From a virus (taxonomy: Duplodnaviria > Caudoviricetes), in the IMG/VR virus record IMGVR_UViG_3300007169_000667, positions 1 through 64,000 of that record: a DNA stretch of 64,000 nucleotides. One strand, 5' to 3'. Of the stretch, positions 57,801 through 64,000 are shown piece by piece. Below the pieces are notes generated by a model that ran no database searches, was not told the origin of the DNA, and saw nothing but the letters and a program-made list of their open reading frames with translations. The translations under genes were made by a program, and so were the position numbers. Position 1 is the stretch's first letter; every line of letters begins with the position of its first letter.

Positions 57801-60642
57801 TTCTGCTATTCAAGAGAAAGTAGATGTTCCTGGCATGAGAACTGTTTCAGAGATCTGGGATGAGATTTTTAGCCTATTAAAAGGATTTAAGAATAATGAT
57901 AATCTTTATGATGGATCAAGAATTCCTAATGAGACTGTTACTGTAGAGGAGAATGGTGTTGTTAGAGAAGTAAATATTCCTATACGTATAGCAGAGTTAG
58001 AGAAAGAGTTAGAAGAAGTTAAAGAAACTATTAAAGAGGAGTCTCCTGAACTATCCAGAGAAGATCGTGTAGCTCTTCGTAATCTATATAAAGAGCTTTC
58101 TGCAATCCAAGAAAAAGTCTATACACCTGCATATATTGAAGTATACAATACTAAGTTAGCTGAACAAAGAGCCAAACTTTCTGCTCAAAATTCTGCTAAG
58201 TATGCAGGAGATCAAAATGGTAGTTTGCTAACTTCGGATGCTGTAGAGGCATTAAAAAATACTACATGGTATAAGATGAACCATAAAAAGGTTTATAACT
58301 ATTCTGAAGCTGCAGGTACCTTTATAGAAGAAGATGAACCACTAACCTATTGGATGACGACTGAACCTACAGATAAGTCCTACATTAGTTTTAATGAACC
58401 CTCGTTTAGATGGAAAACTATTACTCTTAATCCTGTTTTTAGAAAAGAAACCGTTACTCAGAACAAGAAATCTAAACGAGTATCATTGGATAATACAAAG
58501 ACTAAGTATATAAATCCAGAGTACGCTAGATTAAGTACTGAAGAAAAACAGTTACTTTCTGAAATACTTGAGGTGTATAATGAGATGCAAAAAGGAGTTC
58601 CTAGAAACCTTAAGAAAGGTTTAGAACTTCCTTCTGTAATGAAAGAAGGCTTTGAGGCTTTAGGAAATAAGAAATTTGGTACTATTGGCTCTCAGATAAA
58701 AGGCGTAGCTAGTAACATATGGGATAATATGACCTTTAAGAATGATGAAGATATGTCTAGAGACGAAGAAGGCAGTATGGTGACAAAGGTTAATAGAAGA
58801 CTTTTCTTACGTTACAATACTCCTATTGGGGCAGACAAGATGAGTGTAAACTTTATTAATAGTTTAACTATGTACGGTACTGATCTGATTAGGTTTAGAA
58901 AAGCTTACGCTAATGCTCCATATTTATACGGTATACAAGATGTTCTTAGTGAAAAAATTCCTGGAAGTCGTATCCAAAAGATGGTAAATAACTTATTTGA
59001 ACGTAAGTTACAAGGTAAGTCTAGAAAGCCTATGATTAATAATAAAGCGGGTAGGGTATTTGAGTGGGCTTTAGATAAGGGATTGGGTATTGGTGCAGAG
59101 TTAGCACTTAGTTTACGTTTACCTTCAAGTATTAAAAACTTTGGAGCTGGTACAATAAACATCTTTGAACAGTTAAAGATTTACGGTGTTAGTCGAAAAG
59201 ATGTTACTGTAGCAATGGGAAAGAATGCTAAGCATATTGGCGATTTATTTAAATCTTATGTAGAAGATGGTATAGATTCTCCTTATATTCAGAAGATGCG
59301 TTACTTCAATATTATGGTTGAAGATCATTTAACTGAATCAGGTAAAAGAGTATATGTTAGTGATTTAGCTAAAGGAGTTAGAAAATACAATCCTCTTTAT
59401 ATGCTTTCTTTTACTAGGACATTTGGTGAATTTGAAATGCGTAGTGCGGTAGCAGAATCTTTATCTAAGCAGTTTATGGTAGAGATGACCGATGGAACAT
59501 TCAAGCCTATAATGGATGCTTACATTGTAGAAGAGGGTGTTATTAAACCTGATCCAAATATTAAAGACATAGAAGGATTTAGTGGAGTAGAATCTGCATT
59601 TAGGCAAAAAGTAAACGCAGTAAATGCTCTTATTCATGGAGCGTATGGTGCAATGGATAAAGGAGAATATAGTAGATATACTATAGGAAGATTAGTTGGC
59701 TACATGAAGGGATGGTTTACCTATCAGTTTATTAGAAGATTTGGAAATAGAAGAATGAACTATGGAGCAGGTATGGAACAACAAGGGTACTTTAGAACCT
59801 TGGTACAGGCTCTTAAGTTAATCATGCAGAATAGATTTTCTTTTGCAGCTGTAGACAGTTTAATGAGTCCTAGAGAAAAAGCAGAAGCTATGGCAGCAGT
59901 TTATGACATGCTTGTGTTAAGTGTAAGTACTGCTATTGCAATTGCTTTAAATGCTTTAGTATACTCTGATGATGACGATGAGGAAAATATCTGGGGAGCT
60001 TATTTTTTACTTTACAATCTTTTACAAATCGAAGATGAATTAAACACGTTGAATCCTGTCTTTGGAACAGGATCTATTGTCTATTCTCGTATGATGAATA
60101 ATGTAGACGGTAAGAATATAGGACAATTTTATTTAGAGAAAAATTTTATTCTTCCTTTGCAGGGAGCTTTTGAGTCTATTAAATTAGCTTATCAATTTGT
60201 TAACCCATTAGATGATGTAGATATGTTTGATGAGTATATTGAACGTAGTAGAACAGGTAATATTTTAAATCCTAAAAGATATAAGCCTGATCCTGTACTT
60301 CAGGGACAGATGGAGTTTTTTGCTAGATTAGAAAAAATGTTTGGACTTGCAGTAAGTACAAATTACTTTACTGGACCTGAGTATATCTATAGGAAATATG
60401 AAGCTAAAAACCCAAGATGGTTTATATCTACATTAGATTCTGAGATAAAGGGAACGAAAGGAGACATATCTTCTATTAATAAACAAATTAAAGCTATGAC
60501 TCGTCAGTTAGACTATTTAGATGATGAAGAAACTAAACAATCTTTACAATCACAAATAGATGATCTTCAAAAAGAAAAAGTCCAGCTTAAAGAACAACAG
60601 AGAGAGTTGTCTGACTATGAAGAAGGATTAGATAGAAGTTAA
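54838..60642 (+). CDS. Giant ejection protein (1934 aa) with zincin-like domain and C-terminal membrane segments
   Basis: FIHELVH...DEFEFVSE zincin motif, long coiled coils, hydrophobic MLVLSVSTAIAIALNALVY; G-x-Y...R...G...K-x-W...RRF pattern of crAss-like cargo C-termini. Confidence 0.78.
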   Translation: MSKGCIIHVNNPISGERHASTLGYLLTQLDLDSDYIAQTIEAIYDNVGSTRSWGPLKSSMTAAHNPEADIEQFLGLAGIQLPPRQLAYVKDVQKFYEERDLDIEKEYNLTDVQQLVLDNQPYSTFSLQIEPVQSDLPGAQRTYKLTPASGKNEFKLMMTEALEYELIRSNSALESANVQHLQPYLDFTNPDIFDTATKIINDPSTPQYQREILKKLIRVLHIDPNISMDFRVEHTGVMRDRNGDYLIRPATYDASNRKLSFSPIALGALDIDSFKKLFIHELVHSVTVHAMMSPSNATDKKLVEGIREAYLYYKTKYKGQAPVGDYYGLADEFEFVSEFLSNPAFRDSIEKNDVEYARNIFEKIWDFILSKLGLTKPDKKIAPTQEALDELLDNYFAEVVFNNNLNTKSNPLDKQKFNYEMTTMQMEEAKEYLLKNSEFQKNLTRFLDSDIIDWKKIFMEANSIKINLPLLYKSEESLQNISIGEAKEAFRSLVTYFHDTAKYLRSLQLSMDSMSASGIYTQEEMFRQAYHARELGEHFKQVMREYTDIMGDTGTGTVLNTQIRNIEALANSLTQDYFNKATKAIAEKLAREIAPQTESMRATIAQNIEQFQKSYDSAVASGNNTLAQNLKNKIAEETKKYNELATEENIARAFTGKLKDINLFSLYAESAALTGNIITGTVGSMLSKMYDEANAESIVLERKMRGLGDRLEKITKSKGGRNLTGLDFQNTFGPYIRKVTVKEIKKGEIVERETLVFNTEMDEIAYQNDRITLIHAIQQLKNQKNQTDIIKEEIKKKERELVNLQEEFEEKPFIDEYYRIQSLLSDEAREAREEIIEEMRKIQASSLDEENNEDELDKLEDLKSQLERLEADTDINGIVKDEKGLRIAASIREWKKEKNAAELYKYELTETNKALFNVQLTKKKASLDRVKLEYEDAVATKQPEEVINSKKAILNAVQKDYDVWRANNAVRKISPEFYEERREILDSISAIQEKVDVPGMRTVSEIWDEIFSLLKGFKNNDNLYDGSRIPNETVTVEENGVVREVNIPIRIAELEKELEEVKETIKEESPELSREDRVALRNLYKELSAIQEKVYTPAYIEVYNTKLAEQRAKLSAQNSAKYAGDQNGSLLTSDAVEALKNTTWYKMNHKKVYNYSEAAGTFIEEDEPLTYWMTTEPTDKSYISFNEPSFRWKTITLNPVFRKETVTQNKKSKRVSLDNTKTKYINPEYARLSTEEKQLLSEILEVYNEMQKGVPRNLKKGLELPSVMKEGFEALGNKKFGTIGSQIKGVASNIWDNMTFKNDEDMSRDEEGSMVTKVNRRLFLRYNTPIGADKMSVNFINSLTMYGTDLIRFRKAYANAPYLYGIQDVLSEKIPGSRIQKMVNNLFERKLQGKSRKPMINNKAGRVFEWALDKGLGIGAELALSLRLPSSIKNFGAGTINIFEQLKIYGVSRKDVTVAMGKNAKHIGDLFKSYVEDGIDSPYIQKMRYFNIMVEDHLTESGKRVYVSDLAKGVRKYNPLYMLSFTRTFGEFEMRSAVAESLSKQFMVEMTDGTFKPIMDAYIVEEGVIKPDPNIKDIEGFSGVESAFRQKVNAVNALIHGAYGAMDKGEYSRYTIGRLVGYMKGWFTYQFIRRFGNRRMNYGAGMEQQGYFRTLVQALKLIMQNRFSFAAVDSLMSPREKAEAMAAVYDMLVLSVSTAIAIALNALVYSDDDDEENIWGAYFLLYNLLQIEDELNTLNPVFGTGSIVYSRMMNNVDGKNIGQFYLEKNFILPLQGAFESIKLAYQFVNPLDDVDMFDEYIERSRTGNILNPKRYKPDPVLQGQMEFFARLEKMFGLAVSTNYFTGPEYIYRKYEAKNPRWFISTLDSEIKGTKGDISSINKQIKAMTRQLDYLDDEETKQSLQSQIDDLQKEKVQLKEQQRELSDYEEGLDRS

Positions 60643-60654
60643 TAATTCTATCTA

Positions 60655-60684
60655 TTGACTTTATTTTTAATTAATATACTTTTG
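60655..60684 (+). promoter_or_regulatory. Bacteroidota-type promoter
   Basis: TTGACT, 19 nt from TTG, TACTTTTG. Confidence 0.7.
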
Positions 60685-60769
60685 TACTACGGGCCTAATA
60701 GCCGAGTACTTAGGTAATCTAATTACTGTAAAGATAATTAAACTTAAATCTAAATAAGAATATATAATT

Positions 60770-61090
60770 ATGGAAAATAATGATTTGCTTAAGGAGCAGG
60801 CCAAACGTCTAAGACAGATTGCTTCTAACACAGAAGAACCCCAAGACGTATCTAGAAGTATTGCCCTTACAGGGTCTCTTACTGCTCTTCCTTCCGAGTG
60901 TTGCAAGTTTGTAACTTTAATGAACACTACGGGAACTACTGTAAGCTTTACAGTAAACAATTCCATGTCTGGAACTTCAGGAGCTACAGTTGTTTTACCA
61001 AACAACTCAGGAGTAAGTATAGATACCCCTAATACAGTAAACGTAAAAGTACTAGGTACTGGAACTCTGTATTACATTGTATCTCAATAA
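60770..61090 (+). CDS. Small beta-rich structural or hypothetical protein (106 aa)
   Basis: Follows a promoter and precedes the fibre genes; hairpin at about 61091-61112 follows. Confidence 0.6.
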   Translation: MENNDLLKEQAKRLRQIASNTEEPQDVSRSIALTGSLTALPSECCKFVTLMNTTGTTVSFTVNNSMSGTSGATVVLPNNSGVSIDTPNTVNVKVLGTGTLYYIVSQ

Positions 61091-61136
61091 GTTAGCCTTT
61101 ATTAGGCTTAACTTTATTTAAACTTAACTTACCATT

Positions 61137-63035
61137 ATGGCTCGTATAGGAAAATTTTTCTTTTTTGATGGCTCAGAAAATTTAGCCACTGTCTTCTATT
61201 ATCATGTAAGATCTAATGGAGGAGTAGTAGAATCTATAGGCTGCGTAGATAATACGTCTAGCTTTTTAGAACAATCTTCTTTTCTCTTATCTCCAAGTGG
61301 ATACAAAGAAGACACAGTATACACACAGAAACCTATAGGAGCAACAGGTAACTTAACTTTTACCAGAGGATCAGATGCTTGGAGAACTAACGTACAAGGT
61401 CTCTTACAGAGAACTCCTTATAACCTAGTACAGTATAGTAATGACTTGAGTAACGTAAGTTGGACTAAGACAAGTGTAACTATTACACCTGATAGTACTG
61501 TTGCTCCAAATGGGACACTCACTGCTGACTTAGTAACCTTTACTACAACAAATGGATACGTACTAAGAACACAATCAGTTGCTCCTGCTACACAATACAC
61601 TTTTAGCGCATATTTCAAGAACAGTACATTTGCAACAGGAGAGACTGTATTCTTTAGATTATCAGATGGCGTTATAGCTCCTGCAATTGCTACAGTTAAT
61701 ATTGTAAATAAAACAGCTACTTATAACACTAATCCTTCTGCTTGGACTAATTTAAGTGGAGTAGTTGAAGAGGTAGGAAATGATTGGTTTAGAGTATCAG
61801 TAACTGCAACATCAGTAAACGGAGGTAATGGGTGGATTGAAGTTTTTACAAATGGATTTGCAAAAAGTCTTTATGTCTGGGGATTTCAAATAGTAGAAGG
61901 CGCTTATCCTTTAGAGTACTTTCCTACTACAGATAGACTTGATGTACCTAGAATAGATTACTCTTATGGTACTTGTCCTGCTTTACTATTAGAACCGCAG
62001 AGAACGAATATAGTATTATATAGTGAGCAGTTTGATGATGTAAGTTGGACTAAAAATGCATCTACTCTAACCCCTAATACTACGGTTTCTCCTAATGGGA
62101 ATTTAAATGCTGACACATTATCAGTAACTACAAGTACTTACAGTGGAGTCTATAGAACGGTTTCTGGGACATCAGCAATCTATACTGTAAGTGTTTACGC
62201 TAAGAAGAATACTAAAGATTGGCTTTTCTTAGTTGACGTACAAGGTACTGGAGGAAGAGCATGGTTTAACTTAAATACGGGTGTTTTAGGTACTGTTGTT
62301 TCAGGATATACAGCTACAATAACAAACGTAGGAAATGGATGGTATCGTTGTACATTAACTAATACAACTGCACAATCAGCTATATATCATCAACTAGGAC
62401 TAAGTGATGCTGATAATACTTTAACACCTATCTCTGCTGGTTCTGCTTTTATTTGGGGAGCCCAATTAGAAGCAGGTGCTTATCCTAGTTCTTATATCAG
62501 AACAGAAGCAACCACAGTAACTCGCTTAGCTGACTCTTTCTCTCGTAATAACATATATACTAATAACCTTATAACCTCTGCAGGAGGAACTTGGTACATT
62601 CAATTTAGAGTTACAGCAACAGAAAGAGATAACAGTAATGTTTTACGTCTAGGCGACATTAACAATGCACTGCAGATAAATTCTGGACTTGGAGGTTACA
62701 CATTTATTGTAAACAAGAATATAGCAGGTAGCGGAACAAACGTATACTTTTCCTTTCTAGGATTAAGTTCATCTGTTAAGTTGGTAATAAAATGGAATGG
62801 TTCTACCGCAGATATATTTGCCAATGGAACTAAAGTTGTATCAGGTACTTCCTTTACTCCAACTACAATGAATGATTTAACTTGTTCTGTAGGTTCTCCT
62901 TTACATATCCAAGGAATGGCTTTATATCCTGTCCCATTAGATGATGTGGACTGTGAGTTGCTTACTAATCCTACTTCTAGTGGATACAGTTCTTTTGCTT
63001 CAATGGCTTCTAGCTTAGGATACATATTAATCTAA
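61137..63035 (+). CDS. Fibre or head-spike protein with two tandem carbohydrate-binding-like modules and a ConA-like C-terminus (632 aa)
   Basis: FTRGSDA, NL-x-x-YS-x-x-x-x-x-x-SW, (V)GN-x-W(Y/F)R, WG-x-Q-x-E-x-G and DRL-x-VPR-x-D...LEPQRTN motifs. Confidence 0.75.
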   Translation: MARIGKFFFFDGSENLATVFYYHVRSNGGVVESIGCVDNTSSFLEQSSFLLSPSGYKEDTVYTQKPIGATGNLTFTRGSDAWRTNVQGLLQRTPYNLVQYSNDLSNVSWTKTSVTITPDSTVAPNGTLTADLVTFTTTNGYVLRTQSVAPATQYTFSAYFKNSTFATGETVFFRLSDGVIAPAIATVNIVNKTATYNTNPSAWTNLSGVVEEVGNDWFRVSVTATSVNGGNGWIEVFTNGFAKSLYVWGFQIVEGAYPLEYFPTTDRLDVPRIDYSYGTCPALLLEPQRTNIVLYSEQFDDVSWTKNASTLTPNTTVSPNGNLNADTLSVTTSTYSGVYRTVSGTSAIYTVSVYAKKNTKDWLFLVDVQGTGGRAWFNLNTGVLGTVVSGYTATITNVGNGWYRCTLTNTTAQSAIYHQLGLSDADNTLTPISAGSAFIWGAQLEAGAYPSSYIRTEATTVTRLADSFSRNNIYTNNLITSAGGTWYIQFRVTATERDNSNVLRLGDINNALQINSGLGGYTFIVNKNIAGSGTNVYFSFLGLSSSVKLVIKWNGSTADIFANGTKVVSGTSFTPTTMNDLTCSVGSPLHIQGMALYPVPLDDVDCELLTNPTSSGYSSFASMASSLGYILI

Positions 63036-63064
63036 ACAAACTATTAAACTTAAATTTAAATTAG

Positions 63065-64000
63065 ATGGCTACCCCAACACTTATATTAGGAGCAAATAAC
63101 TGGGCAATAGAAGAAGATAACATTCTAGGATATGCCTTAGGATCTTCTTCTAAGCAATACTTACCTAGAGAGATCTCATTTACTAGGGGATCAGATGCTA
63201 CATATACTGACTCTACAGGAGTAATTAGACAAGCATGTTGGAATTTGTTAGGCTACTCTGAAGAGTTTAACAATGCATATTGGTCAACAGCTAGAGGTAC
63301 GATTACTCCTAACGCTACTATTTCTCCTACAGGTATCCAAGATGCTGATACGCTTGTAACTTTAAGTGGACAAGTTACTACCCCTGTAGTGTTTAAAACA
63401 AATTTCATTACATTTACTGGAAATACAGCATATACTCTTAGCCTCTTTGCTAAAGTATTGGGAGACACCAATGTATTTAAAATTGCTTATGTGGATAACT
63501 CTGCAGGAGGTTATACTGGAGGAGTAGCTACTTACAACTTGAGTACGCAAGTAATTAGTATTACGCAAAGTCCTAATTCTTCGGTAACTGCTTCAATGCA
63601 AAACGTAGGAAATGGATGGTATCGTTTAATTTTAAGTTTTGTGACTGTAGCTACACCAAGCTATCATTACATTGACTTTGGACCTGATAGTGTATCAACT
63701 AATAACACTTTTGGAATTTGGGGCGCTCAGTTAGTTCATGGAACACAACCTCTCACTTACTTAAGAACAACAGACAGACTTAACGTTCCTAGAGTTGACA
63801 GTTCTACTGGATCTAAAGCTTTTTTGGTTGAGCCTCAGAGAACGAATTTGGCGTTGTATAGTAATGATTTTACTAATGTAGTTTGGAGTAAGTCTGGTGC
63901 TACTGTAACTCCTAACACAACAATTTCTCCTGATGGTACTCAAAATGCTTCAACTATTGTATTTAGTGGAGTTGACAAATATGTTACACAAGGATGTTTT
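63065..64000 (+). CDS. Paralogous fibre or spike protein, truncated by the window end
   Basis: Frame open from ATG 63065 to the end (312 codons, translated by hand); same FTRGSDA, GNGWYR, WGAQL and EPQRTN modules. Confidence 0.8.
   Translation, partial: MATPTLILGANNWAIEEDNILGYALGSSSKQYLPREISFTRGSDATYTDSTGVIRQACWNLLGYSEEFNNAYWSTARGTITPNATISPTGIQDADTLVTLSGQVTTPVVFKTNFITFTGNTAYTLSLFAKVLGDTNVFKIAYVDNSAGGYTGGVATYNLSTQVISITQSPNSSVTASMQNVGNGWYRLILSFVTVATPSYHYIDFGPDSVSTNNTFGIWGAQLVHGTQPLTYLRTTDRLNVPRVDSSTGSKAFLVEPQRTNLALYSNDFTNVVWSKSGATVTPNTTISPDGTQNASTIVFSGVDKYVTQGCF

Noticed and set aside
1-64000. Stop-codon reassignment (TAG or TGA), as found in some crAss-like phages
   Set aside because: Genes up to 2604 codons are open in the standard code and tile the window; TAG (RNAP) and TGA (portal) terminate genes at sensible boundaries
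1-64000. tRNA, rRNA, CRISPR array, integrase, transposase or DGR
   Set aside because: No cloverleaf or T-loop signature, regular repeat-spacer array, recombinase or reverse-transcriptase motif noticed by eye; tRNAscan-SE and CRISPR finders would confirm

Overview
AT-rich, densely coding segment of a lytic crAss-like (Crassvirales-related, phi14:2-type) podovirus genome read in the standard genetic code. The host is very probably a member of Bacteroidota: about 14 TAnnTTTG (-7 box) promoters, several with TTG about 19 nt upstream, and A-rich leaders without Shine-Dalgarno sequences. Layout: a repeat- and homopolymer-rich non-coding left end with three minus-strand genes, including an ATE/Bpt-like aminoacyl-tRNA-protein transferase; a tail fibre with accessory genes; a lysis cassette (holin, YkuD-like lysin, two membrane or exported proteins); a 440-bp intergenic region that looks like a structured RNA; DNA-binding genes, terminase and portal; a free-standing GIY-YIG endonuclease; scaffold, major capsid and Cys-rich tail, ring and muzzle genes; a Dps/DUF5856-like gene; a block of basic core proteins sharing an [MF]xxGG motif; three giant ejection proteins (2131, 2604 and 1934 aa), the middle one being the virion RNA polymerase (GSDFDIDK); and two paralogous fibre or spike genes running off the right end. 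The most striking unexplained pattern is that the three giant ejection proteins contain only four cysteines in about 6670 aa (manual count), all at the adjoining termini. This suggests a head-to-tail disulfide-linked, redox-released ejection chain. All family assignments come from motif recognition by eye, not database searches.
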